Of a stretch of DNA of 64,000 nucleotides, positions 10,386 through 18,601 are shown piece by piece. Both the position numbers and the translations under genes were made by a program. The notes under the pieces are model-generated. The model searched no databases, had not been told where the DNA came from, and was given only the letters and a program-made list of their open reading frames with translations. Position 1 is the first letter of the stretch. Every line of letters begins with the position of its first letter. Source of the DNA: a bacterium (lineage in GTDB: Bacteria; RBG-13-61-14; DATKZS01); contig CAXXFL010000006.1 of NCBI GenBank assembly GCA_963674965.2, positions 352,001 through 416,000 on the forward strand, written 5' to 3'.

Positions 10386-10925
10386 ATGTATAGAGAGATG
10401 GATGAAGACAGGAAGAAGGCAGGGATTGTTGGGGAGACGGAGGGAGCCCGTAGGGCGACCGGAGTCTCCCCAACCGGGACGGCCGAGCCGGAGGACACTC
10501 CGGCCAAGCGGCCCGAGCGGGGAGGGGCGCCGATCATTCTTCCCGACCCGGAGGTCCCGGAAAAGCCCGCCCGGCGGCGCTTCACCGCGGCTTACAAGCT
10601 CGCAATCCTCGGGAAGGCCGACGCCTGCTCGGGGCATGGCGAGGTCGGCGCCCTGCTGCGCCGGGAGGGCCTTTATTCGTCGCACCTGACGGCCTGGCGC
10701 AAGCAGCGGGACGAGGGGGCCTTGAAAGCGCTTTCGCCCGTAAAGCGGGGCCGCAAGCCCAAGGCCAAAAACCCGCTGGCCGATGAAGTGGCCCGCCTCG
10801 AGCGCGAGAACCGGAAGCTCCAAAAGCGGCTCGAACAGGCCGAGATGATAATCGACTTCCAAAAAAAAGTTGCCGATCTGCTGGGGATACCCCTGGCCAA
10901 GCCGCCCGGCGAAGAGAGCGAATGA
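10386..10925 (+). CDS. IS3-family transposase OrfA (HTH)
   Basis: RRRFTAAYKLAIL...LLRREGLYSSHLTAWR plus coiled coil; A8 run at 10861-10868. Confidence 0.9.
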   Translation: MYREMDEDRKKAGIVGETEGARRATGVSPTGTAEPEDTPAKRPERGGAPIILPDPEVPEKPARRRFTAAYKLAILGKADACSGHGEVGALLRREGLYSSHLTAWRKQRDEGALKALSPVKRGRKPKAKNPLADEVARLERENRKLQKRLEQAEMIIDFQKKVADLLGIPLAKPPGEESE

Positions 10926-11938
10926 TGGAATCGGCAAGCACGGCCGCTCCCCGGGTCGGCGTCAAGGCCGCCTGCGAGGCCCTGGGCCTGTCGCGGGCAA
11001 CGTTTGACCGCCGCGCTAAAATTCCCTTCGGGCCTCCGCCGCCGAGGCGCGCGGCCAAGCCGGCAAGGTCGTTGAGCGAGGACGAGCGGCGCCGGGTGCT
11101 GGACGGACTCCACTCCGAGCGCTTTGCCGACAAGGCCCCCCGCGAGGTCTGGGCAACGCTCCTGGACGAGGGGACATGGCTGTGCTCGGTCCGCACCATG
11201 TACCGCGTCCTCGACTCGGAAAAGGAAGTCAGGGAGCGGCGCAACCAGCTTCGGCATCCCCGATACAAAAAACCCGAGTTGCTGGCCGAGGCCCCCAACC
11301 AGGTCTGGTCCTGGGACGTCACCAAGCTCAAGGGACCGGCCAAATGGACCTGCTACCAGCTCTACGTGATCATGGATATCTTCAGCCGCTGCGTGGTGGG
11401 CTGGATGATCGCCCGCCGCGAGAGCGCCGAGCTGGCCCGCCGCCTGATCGGGGACAGCATCCGAAAACAGGAGATCGAGCCGGGACAACTCACAATCCAC
11501 GCCGACCGGGGGAGTTCGATGAAATCAAAGCCGGTGGCCTTCTTGATGGCCGACCTGGGCGTGACCAAGAGCCACTCGCGGCCCCACGTGTCCGACGACA
11601 ACCCCTACTCGGAAAGCCAGTTCAAGACCATGAAGTACCGGCCCGAGTTCCCGAGCCGGTTCGGCTCCATCGAGGACGCCAGGGCCTTTTGCGTGAAGTT
11701 TTTCGATTGGTACAACCGCGAGCATCGGCACACCGGGATCGGCCTGATGACGCCCGAGATGGTCCATTACGGAATGGCGAGCGAGATCGTGGCCGCCCGG
11801 CAAAAAACGCTCGACCACGCCTATGAAAAAAACCCGGAGCGCTTCGTGAAAAGACCGCCGACGGCGCCGGAGTTGCCCGGCAAAGCGTGGATCAACCCAC
11901 CGGAGAAACCGGAGGAAACAAACAGTTTGCCACACTAA
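10922..11938 (+). CDS. IS3-family transposase OrfB (DDE/rve)
   Basis: PNQVWSWDVT, IHADRG, DNPYSESQFKTMK, YNREHRH; in the -1 frame relative to orfA. Confidence 0.93.
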   Translation: MMESASTAAPRVGVKAACEALGLSRATFDRRAKIPFGPPPPRRAAKPARSLSEDERRRVLDGLHSERFADKAPREVWATLLDEGTWLCSVRTMYRVLDSEKEVRERRNQLRHPRYKKPELLAEAPNQVWSWDVTKLKGPAKWTCYQLYVIMDIFSRCVVGWMIARRESAELARRLIGDSIRKQEIEPGQLTIHADRGSSMKSKPVAFLMADLGVTKSHSRPHVSDDNPYSESQFKTMKYRPEFPSRFGSIEDARAFCVKFFDWYNREHRHTGIGLMTPEMVHYGMASEIVAARQKTLDHAYEKNPERFVKRPPTAPELPGKAWINPPEKPEETNSLPH

Positions 11939-12017
11939 ATTCAGGAAAGGCGTGTCTCATTTTGCTTGACACATTCCGGGCGTTATAAATTATGGTTGAC
12001 GTAGTTACGGTAATTTG

Positions 12018-13568
12018 TTATCTTTTCAGTACGGGGATGTGGAAATGTCGTGAGGGATCGGCGAAAAAAGTTCGAACCCTGTCCAGTAGCCCCCACCCTA
12101 ACGGACTCCCGGCGTTTTCGGCGATCAGCCGAAACGGTTTTCTCGCTGTAATTAGCAATTTTTTATCCTTTAAAATTAATTTCGAACCGATGGTTTCCAG
12201 GATTTCCCGTTTTAGACCGTCTTGTCCTTTGGTGAAATTTTCCTTGGCTAAGGTTAGGAATAAAAGCAGCCTCTCGGAAGGTTCGAACCAAATCATGGGA
12301 TTGCTTTCCATCTCGGTCAGTTTTTCCTCCAGACCTATTTTCTTGGCGGTGATGTCCGTTTTTTGCTGCTTGTATTCATCATCGTCGATCAGCTCTTTCA
12401 GACGTAAGTCCAACAAGCTTCGGAGTTTCGTTTCGTGAACGCCGATGGCTTTTTTTACGGAGTTGACGGCCTTTTCATGCAATTTTTGCTCATCCTTTTT
12501 TACGCTTCGGATCTGTTCTAAAGCCCAGGCGACGTGTTGCTCTGGCAGATATATGCTCTCCAGGAACAATTGAATCTGCTCCTCCAGTTTTTCGACTCGG
12601 AGGTGTTTTTGTTTACAACGATTAGCGTGTCCGTCTTTACGTTTCGTACAATGGTAGTAAACGTACCGATACCCCTTATAGTTGACTCTTTCCTCGGCGG
12701 TGATCATGCCGCCACACTCGCCGCACTTAATCATACCGGTGTAGGCGAAATTACGGGGGGCGCGTTTGGCTATGGGTCTGCGGAGCATCTTTTGAACTTG
12801 GTCGAATTCCTGCTTGGTGATCATCGGTTCGTGCGATCCTGGGTAGAGTACCCCGTTCCTTAAGATCGCACCGTAATAGAACGGTCTTGCCAGCATTTGA
12901 TAAAGCGCGCTCCGGGTAAGGACCTTCCCGCACTTTTTCTTCGAAGGACGAGTGGTCAGCCCCCAGTCCTCTTCGGCGGTTCTGAGTAGTTCGTCGACAT
13001 TGTAGTTTCCGGAAAGGATTACGTCCCATATTTTACGGACCAAATGGAAGCGATCCGGGTCTTTGACGATAGTTCGCTCCTCTTCGTCGTTAAGGTAACC
13101 CAGCGGGGCTCTACCGGGCAGAATGCCTTTATCCAGCTTGGCTCGGTTACCTCTTTTCACGTTATCGCTGAGATCGTCTGAATACTTCTTAGCGAATATG
13201 AGCTCGAAAGCAAGCATCATCTTGTCTTCGGAGGTATTCTTGTATCGCCTGTGCGGAGTGACGATCTCCTTGATATCCCCTTCCTCCAAAGTTAGGATGA
13301 GGTTGGACATATCGGCCGGGTTTCTCGCCAACCGATCCGTCTTCCAGCAAAGGATTCCGGTGTCCTCGCTTTTTTTAAGCTGATCCATGAGATCGTTGAA
13401 AACGGGACGGCCCGGGGATTTGGCCGACCGTGACTCGTGGAATACGTCCACCACGTTTAACCCTTGTTTTAACGCCACTGCTTCTAATTCTTTGATTTGT
13501 GCGTCGATGCTGAGCACTTGCCGGTCCTCCGACTCGGTGCTCTTGCGCGCGTAAATAAAGCACTTCAT
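12018..13568 (-). CDS. Large serine recombinase (resolvase + recombinase + Zn ribbon + coiled coil)
   Basis: YARKSTE catalytic Ser, DRLARN, APLGY, HEPMIT, KCGECG...YYHC. Confidence 0.93.
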   Translation of the reverse strand: MKCFIYARKSTESEDRQVLSIDAQIKELEAVALKQGLNVVDVFHESRSAKSPGRPVFNDLMDQLKKSEDTGILCWKTDRLARNPADMSNLILTLEEGDIKEIVTPHRRYKNTSEDKMMLAFELIFAKKYSDDLSDNVKRGNRAKLDKGILPGRAPLGYLNDEEERTIVKDPDRFHLVRKIWDVILSGNYNVDELLRTAEEDWGLTTRPSKKKCGKVLTRSALYQMLARPFYYGAILRNGVLYPGSHEPMITKQEFDQVQKMLRRPIAKRAPRNFAYTGMIKCGECGGMITAEERVNYKGYRYVYYHCTKRKDGHANRCKQKHLRVEKLEEQIQLFLESIYLPEQHVAWALEQIRSVKKDEQKLHEKAVNSVKKAIGVHETKLRSLLDLRLKELIDDDEYKQQKTDITAKKIGLEEKLTEMESNPMIWFEPSERLLLFLTLAKENFTKGQDGLKREILETIGSKLILKDKKLLITARKPFRLIAENAGSPLGWGLLDRVRTFFADPSRHFHIPVLKR

Positions 13569-13613
13569 GGAAAATTGAATGAATTAATAAAAGCAGATTT
13601 TAGAAGGGCTGAC

Positions 13614-13790
13614 TTAATCATAACGTTTTTGTCGATTATTCGTCAATCCCTTCGGCACTTTGGTAAAGGCTTTGAAAATGTTTATCAGCCTGATCCCCAT
13701 CTCCCAAGCTTCGTCGTTTGAAAGCATCTCCCCGAACTCGTCGTGGTGGATTTTCTTTAATTTGTCGATTGCTTTTTGGTCTAAAGGCAT
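13614..13790 (-). CDS. 58-aa hypothetical protein (not in the ORF track)
   Basis: Translated by hand: MPLDQKAIDKLKKIHHDEFGEMLSNDEAWEMGIRLINIFKAFTKVPKGLTNNRQKRYD*; directly upstream of and co-oriented with the recombinase. Confidence 0.7.
   Translation of the reverse strand: MPLDQKAIDKLKKIHHDEFGEMLSNDEAWEMGIRLINIFKAFTKVPKGLTNNRQKRYD
13617..13646 (-). promoter_or_regulatory. Putative sigma70 promoter of the serine recombinase
   Basis: TTGACG-18 bp-TATGAT on the minus strand, ~50 bp before the ATG. Confidence 0.45.
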
Positions 13791-13884
13791 TTATGCGAAG
13801 TTAATCATTATACTTTCACAATAGCCTATTGATGATGGTTTCAAAAGGGGGAAAAATGCGATTTTAAGAGTACCCTCTAAGGCA

Positions 13885-14026
13885 TGTGGAAAAACACTTT
13901 ACAAATTGTGTTCAGTTCGATAAGTTATCCACAGGGGACCATAAAGGGGTATTTTTAGGAAAACAATTTTCCTTCTTTCTTAGCGAGCAATAATCGCTAA
14001 AATAAAATCAAGACTATTGATTTTAT
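13885..14026. promoter_or_regulatory. Divergent intergenic control region with DnaA boxes and three inverted repeats
   Basis: TTATCCACA 13925-13933; TGTGGAAAA 13885-13893; IRs AGGAAAA-caa-TTTTCCT, TTAGCGA-N7-TCGCTAA, ATAAAATCAA-N5-TTGATTTTAT. Confidence 0.6.
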
Positions 14027-14031
14027 CGCTT

Positions 14032-14322
14032 ATGGAGCGGTCACATTTCCCCAACAGCATCAAGCGCTACCGCTTGAAATTCTATCCAAGGCCACTGACC
14101 CAGGACGAGCTTGGACAACTGATTGGAGTCCATCGAAGTCGTGTATCTCTCTATGAGATTGGCGCGGTTTTCCCAAGCGGCCAGATGTTATTCAGGCTCA
14201 GCGCCGCACTGAACGTGCTGCCTGAAGTCCTGTATAAACCTTTCTACGATGAAGTCAGAAATCAGATTCTTGAACAGAAGAATCAAATCGGGATTTTCAA
14301 ATCAAAAAACCATTGGCGTTAA
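14032..14322 (+). CDS. XRE-family HTH transcriptional regulator
   Basis: LTQDELGQLIGVHRSRVSLYEIGAVFPS; ATG at 14032 preferred over TTG 14017. Confidence 0.85.
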   Translation: MERSHFPNSIKRYRLKFYPRPLTQDELGQLIGVHRSRVSLYEIGAVFPSGQMLFRLSAALNVLPEVLYKPFYDEVRNQILEQKNQIGIFKSKNHWR

Positions 14323-14358
14323 CCACCCAGAGGTTCTCCAACTATTAACATCAATTAC

Positions 14359-14907
14359 ATGGATAGAAAAATACCAATCCACATCCTGGGTATTGTGCCC
14401 GGGAGACGAGTGGTGGGTTTTGCGGTACTTGACGAAACCGGCCTCAAAAGTTTTGGAGTCAAGTCCCTTCGCAGATACGAATCGGACAGCAAACGATTGC
14501 TGGTCATCAACCGTTTTCTTTGTGGAATGATGAACTCTACGAACCCTAGGGCGGTTGTTGTATTAAAACCTTCTCCTCAAAAGTCCACGAGTTTTACTCT
14601 CCAGTTGATCTCCTTCATCCGGGGATTGGTAAACAGTCGTTATTGTCCACTCTACTTTCTCAGCATTAAGCAGGTAAAGACTATGCTTGGGTCGGGAAGG
14701 AAGCTGGCAAATCAGCGTGAGGTGGCCCAGGTATTAAGGAACCGTTACACTGAACTTCAATATTATATGCCCGCCATCGAGTCCAGGGTGATAAAGGATC
14801 GTGAGAAGTACTATCAGCCCTTGTTCGCCGCCATTGGTCTCGCTTTTTCATATTTAAAACTTTCCGAAAATGAACAACAGCCAGAAGACAATTCAACAAA
14901 GCCATAA
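14359..14907 (+). CDS. RuvC/RNase H-like fold protein, catalytic acidic residues apparently absent
   Basis: ILGIVPGRRVVGFAVLD matches the RuvC ILGIDPG pattern with D to V; C-terminal LFAAIGLA where DAxAxA is expected. Confidence 0.6.
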   Translation: MDRKIPIHILGIVPGRRVVGFAVLDETGLKSFGVKSLRRYESDSKRLLVINRFLCGMMNSTNPRAVVVLKPSPQKSTSFTLQLISFIRGLVNSRYCPLYFLSIKQVKTMLGSGRKLANQREVAQVLRNRYTELQYYMPAIESRVIKDREKYYQPLFAAIGLAFSYLKLSENEQQPEDNSTKP

Positions 14908-15729
14908 CTACGATCAGGTTCTAAAGCTGATTTCACGCTACAGATACATTACGATCGCCCAACTTCAAGCTATACTGGGGCTTCAGGGCTATCAGCAGGC
15001 CAGGAAGATATTGTTCGACCTTTGGGAAAACGGATACCTTGAGCGACTTGTTCTCACCAGGGCTACCAACAAAATCCACTACAAGTATGTGTTTGCCTTG
15101 AGCCGAAAGGGGGCTCGGCAACTCCTTATCTCGTTCGGGCTTGAAAAGATATCCTATTTGAGGCCGAAGGATCAGCGTTCGACCGTGTTTCTTGAACACA
15201 CGCTTTTAATTAATGATTTCAGAATCTGCCTTGAAGGACTGCAACGCCGCCAAAACGACTTCGAGCTTACTTCATGGAAGCAGTCCAAGCAGCAGGTCAA
15301 AGTCACACTCAATACAACCATTCAATGAGTTATTACTATCGCAGACAGCATCTAATTCCAGACGCACTGTTCACCATCCGTATCAAGGGAAAAGAGCACT
15401 TTTTTCTGATGGAAATGGACAGGGGGACAATAAGTGCTAAGCGGATGTTCACAAGGTACAAAGCCTACTATGACTGGTGGAGAAGCGGCGGGCCGAAGTC
15501 TGACTTCGGGATCGCTTCAATCCGCATTCTGACCGTTACAGTGAACGAGAAGCGAATGGACAACCTGATCCGCTGCTGCTACTCAGTAAAAGATGGCTCT
15601 CAGGGTTCAGCCTTATTCTGGTTCACCACTACCTATCATATCGATGTTTTCAAGCCTCGGAAACTTCTGGATCGCATCTGGTTGAAAGCCTTACCTGAGG
15701 ATCATTCCCTTTACAGCCTAATAGACTGA
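14870..15729 (+). pseudogene. Replication-relaxation family protein (PF13814-like), split by a frameshift into 14870-15328 and 15274-15729
   Basis: N-half wHTH and LEHTLLINDF; C-half IPDALF...FFLMEMDRGT...RYKAY. The halves overlap in different frames. Confidence 0.75.
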
Positions 15730-15730
15730 C

Positions 15731-15903
15731 GCCTTCCCGGCATCTTGGCCGTCATGCTGGGGTGTTTTTGCCAGTTCTCCTGCCGGAATGGGAAAGCAGG
15801 CCCTTTTCAGTGGCACAGGACTGATTAGGGCCTGGCGGGAAGGCTTTGAAGGCAGTCTTGAAGATTTCAAGCTTGCCTTCAGTGTCTTTCCTTTGGGAAG
15901 GAC
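15731..15903 (+). other. Multi-hairpin structured intergenic element
   Basis: Stems 15731-39/15836-44, 15797-804/15827-34, 15807-11/15820-24, 15847-54/15874-81, 15857-62/15866-71, 15884-91/15896-903. Confidence 0.65.
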
Positions 15904-15943
15904 GGAATACGTACATTCAACAAATCACGAAAGGAGAAAGTAA

Positions 15944-16915
15944 ATGTCGGACTTTAATTCGGTATTGAAAACGGTTGAAAGGAAGTTTAAGGAAGAAGAA
16001 CCGATGGACCGGTATGCCCAGCTTAACCAGTTCAGGTTCAAGGTAACAGAGCACGACCGCCCGGAATTGATCCCGTTCGTGGCCGAAGGGCAGGATTCAG
16101 CAGGCCCACTGGCACTCAAGGATCATGCTCTCAAACAGCTTTGCTCACGCATCGGTGTGCCGTACTCGTTTTTCAGCAAGTGCCCGCCAGCCCTCCAGGA
16201 ATTCAACATCGCCTGGTTCATGCAGAACATGGAGCAGGAAAAGGACGTTATGTTGCGGCTTGTGAGAAGATGCCAGATCAGGGCCATCGTGAGCGATAGG
16301 TATGCGCCCTTCGACGACATGGAGCTTTTTCAGATCCTGGCCGACTTTATGGACGGGACCGAAGAGGTTCAGATTCAATCGTTCGAGGAATTGAGTTCCC
16401 ACGTGCGCATCACCTGGCCCGCTACCAAGGAGGAGGTCCAGCCAGGCGACATCATCGAGCAAGGCATCCACATCGCCAACAGCGAAGTGGGCGTTCGTTC
16501 CGTGACCATCATCGGCGTGGTCCATCGCTTGAAGTGCAAGAACGGACTTGTGGCCCGTGAGAAGAAAGGAGGATTTCGCCACGTCGGAGCGCCGGAAAGA
16601 ATCAGGGAACAGGTCAAACAGGTTATCGAGGAGGTCAGGCACGACACCGGAGCTCTGGTCGAGAAGTTCAAAATGAGCCTCACCAAGGAAATCGAGTACC
16701 CCATGGAGATGATGGACCGAATCTCCCAGGAGCATGATCTCACCAAGGACGAGTACAAGGCCATGCTGGATTCGTTCATGATGGAGCCATCGAAGAGCCT
16801 TTTCGGGGTTGTCAATGCCATCACCAACGGAGCCCAGAAAAGCTCAAGCACGGACCGGAGGTTTGAGTTGGAATCGATTGCCGGCCAAGTGCTGGACCGG
16901 CAACTTACTGCCTGA
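15944..16915 (+). CDS. DUF932-like protein
   Basis: HALKQLCSRIGVP, IRAIVSDRY, GIHIANSEVG...RLKCKNG, FRHVG, SLFGVVNAIT; RBS AAGGAG. Confidence 0.75.
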   Translation: MSDFNSVLKTVERKFKEEEPMDRYAQLNQFRFKVTEHDRPELIPFVAEGQDSAGPLALKDHALKQLCSRIGVPYSFFSKCPPALQEFNIAWFMQNMEQEKDVMLRLVRRCQIRAIVSDRYAPFDDMELFQILADFMDGTEEVQIQSFEELSSHVRITWPATKEEVQPGDIIEQGIHIANSEVGVRSVTIIGVVHRLKCKNGLVAREKKGGFRHVGAPERIREQVKQVIEEVRHDTGALVEKFKMSLTKEIEYPMEMMDRISQEHDLTKDEYKAMLDSFMMEPSKSLFGVVNAITNGAQKSSSTDRRFELESIAGQVLDRQLTA

Positions 16916-16931
16916 AAGCGAGGTACCCGCC

Positions 16932-17741
16932 ATGAACAGATTCAGCGGCCCTTACAGGCAAAGTCTTCTCAAGCTCTATTCGGAATGCCCAAGAAAGTTC
17001 AAGCTGCTCAATGTTGACGGAATCGAAGCCGAGAAGGAGGAGTCAGTGCCCCTCATTATCGGCAGTAACGTCCACCGATTGATTGACCTGTTTCACCAGA
17101 GGCAGCCGATTGACTGGAAACGAGGGGAAATCCCTTTTCACGCCTGGGAGCAGGTCAAGGAGCTTGTTAACGCTTACACAACCCACAATCGCGGTATGGA
17201 GGTCATTCGGTCGGAAGCGGAGTTCGAGTGTCCCATCAACGGATACACCATCACCGGTACCATCGACCTGGTGTACCGGGACGAGCAAGGACGGATTGTC
17301 CTCCGGGACATCAAGACGGACGCTACCGAACCGTCCGCCGACTTCCTGGCTCGGGACATCCAGTTTTCCATCTACTACATCGGAGCGATCCGGGGCCTGG
17401 GCATCCAGCCCGACCTCATGGAATGGTATCACCTTCGCAACCTGGTCCCTTACAAGAAGACCACGGTCAAGAACGGGGTCCAGTTCACTCCCGGCCAACT
17501 CAGGGGCGATCCCAGTTTCAGCGTGTCGAGAAGGACAGAGGACATACCCACCATCGAGATGGAAATCCGCTACATCATCCAGGCCATCAGGTTCAACATC
17601 TATCCCATGCGACCATTGAAAATCGGGCACATGTGCCCATGCAACCATTGTGAGGTGCGCAAATACTGCCAACCTCACGGTCAGATCGTGGAGCAATTGG
17701 CCGACTTTGAAGGCCTCCACGGTTACGAACAATTTTTCTAG
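16932..17741 (+). CDS. PD-(D/E)XK nuclease, Cas4/AddB-like with Fe-S cysteines
   Basis: ECPRKF, GTIDLV...RDIKT, QFSIY, CPCNHCEVRKYC; ATG 16932 follows GAGGT RBS. Confidence 0.85.
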   Translation: MNRFSGPYRQSLLKLYSECPRKFKLLNVDGIEAEKEESVPLIIGSNVHRLIDLFHQRQPIDWKRGEIPFHAWEQVKELVNAYTTHNRGMEVIRSEAEFECPINGYTITGTIDLVYRDEQGRIVLRDIKTDATEPSADFLARDIQFSIYYIGAIRGLGIQPDLMEWYHLRNLVPYKKTTVKNGVQFTPGQLRGDPSFSVSRRTEDIPTIEMEIRYIIQAIRFNIYPMRPLKIGHMCPCNHCEVRKYCQPHGQIVEQLADFEGLHGYEQFF

Positions 17742-17761
17742 AAAAGAAAGGAGACAGAGAA

Positions 17762-18520
17762 ATGGGAAAAAAAGCAAGTCTTGCGGAAACCAAGAAAAAC
17801 GGAGAAAGCATCGAGCACGCTCCGCCCCCAGAGATGTTGGGCCTTGAGCAGTTCGATACAGGCGACCTGGTAATTCCCAGGTTTAAGATTGTCCAGCCCA
17901 CTTCCAAGGAAGGAACGCCAGGGCGCTTTAAGAACAACCTGACCAACGAGGAGATAGAAAAGCTCGATGTAGTCGTTCTGCTGGCTTCCAAGGGGCGGGT
18001 CTGCTGGGGCGAGAACATTGACGAAGATCCAATCTGTCGAAGCAGTGATGGTCTCTTCCCATCAGACAATATCGAGGTCCCGGTCAGTGATGTATGCGGT
18101 ACTAAAGAGGATGGAAAACGGTTTGTACCGATCTGCCAGAATGCCATGTGGGGCCAGAGGAATGAAAGGCCACTTTGTAACGAGGTCATCAACCTTCTCT
18201 GCGTAGGCAGTGACGATCATGTGCCGTTCTTTATCTCGGTGCATGGTACCCAGCTCAAGCCCACGAGGGCTTATTTGTCGGCCCTGGGACTCCGCAGAAA
18301 GAGCCTGTACGAGTACCAGGCCACCATCAGCCTGAAAGAGACCTCAAACAATAAGGGCAAGTTCTTCGTGATCCAATTCGAGAACCTGAAGGAGAACAAA
18401 ACCGATCAAAAGGAAATCTTTCGCTCTTTGTTTTTCCAATACTGCGGCCATACTATCGACCAGACTTTCGAGGCTGAGCAAAAGATGAAGGATGATTTGA
18501 GCGACGTTCCCTTCGCATAA
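17762..18520 (+). CDS. Phage-type single-stranded DNA-binding-like protein
   Basis: DLVIPRFKIVQPTS N-terminus, Cys cluster, acidic C-terminal tail DDLSDVPFA resembling the SSB DDIPF tail. Confidence 0.55.
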   Translation: MGKKASLAETKKNGESIEHAPPPEMLGLEQFDTGDLVIPRFKIVQPTSKEGTPGRFKNNLTNEEIEKLDVVVLLASKGRVCWGENIDEDPICRSSDGLFPSDNIEVPVSDVCGTKEDGKRFVPICQNAMWGQRNERPLCNEVINLLCVGSDDHVPFFISVHGTQLKPTRAYLSALGLRRKSLYEYQATISLKETSNNKGKFFVIQFENLKENKTDQKEIFRSLFFQYCGHTIDQTFEAEQKMKDDLSDVPFA

Positions 18521-18523
18521 CCA

Positions 18524-18551
18524 AAAGAGGGCAGAAAGTTCTGCCCTCTTT
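18524..18551. terminator. Bidirectional intrinsic terminator
   Basis: AAAGAGGGCAGAA-ag-TTCTGCCCTCTTT between convergent genes. Confidence 0.8.
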
Positions 18552-18601
18552 ATCGTCGCTCCGAGGTTGCGCTGACAAGTTGAAAAATGGTTGCAACGTA
18601 T

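Larger units (their letters stand above)
10317..11978 (+). mobile_element. IS3-family insertion sequence
   Basis: Imperfect IRs TGTGCCAAcgtagATGAGACAC (from 10322) and revcomp TGTGTCAAgcaaaATGAGACAC (ending 11973). GGC direct repeat at 10314-10316 and 11979-11981. orfA/orfB; GC-rich relative to flanks. Confidence 0.9.

Noticed and set aside
13885..13933. Chromosomal oriC
   Set aside because: Only two DnaA boxes, inside a mobile island, with no dnaA/dnaN/gidA context.
14359..14907. TnpB/Cas12/IscB-type RNA-guided nuclease
   Set aside because: Only 182 aa, no Zn finger or split RuvC layout, catalytic residues absent.
15274..15328. Programmed frameshift in the replication-relaxation gene
   Set aside because: No slippery heptamer or homopolymer run in the overlap.
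16932..17741. CRISPR-Cas locus (Cas4-like gene)
   Set aside because: No cas1/cas2 and no repeat-spacer array seen anywhere in the window.
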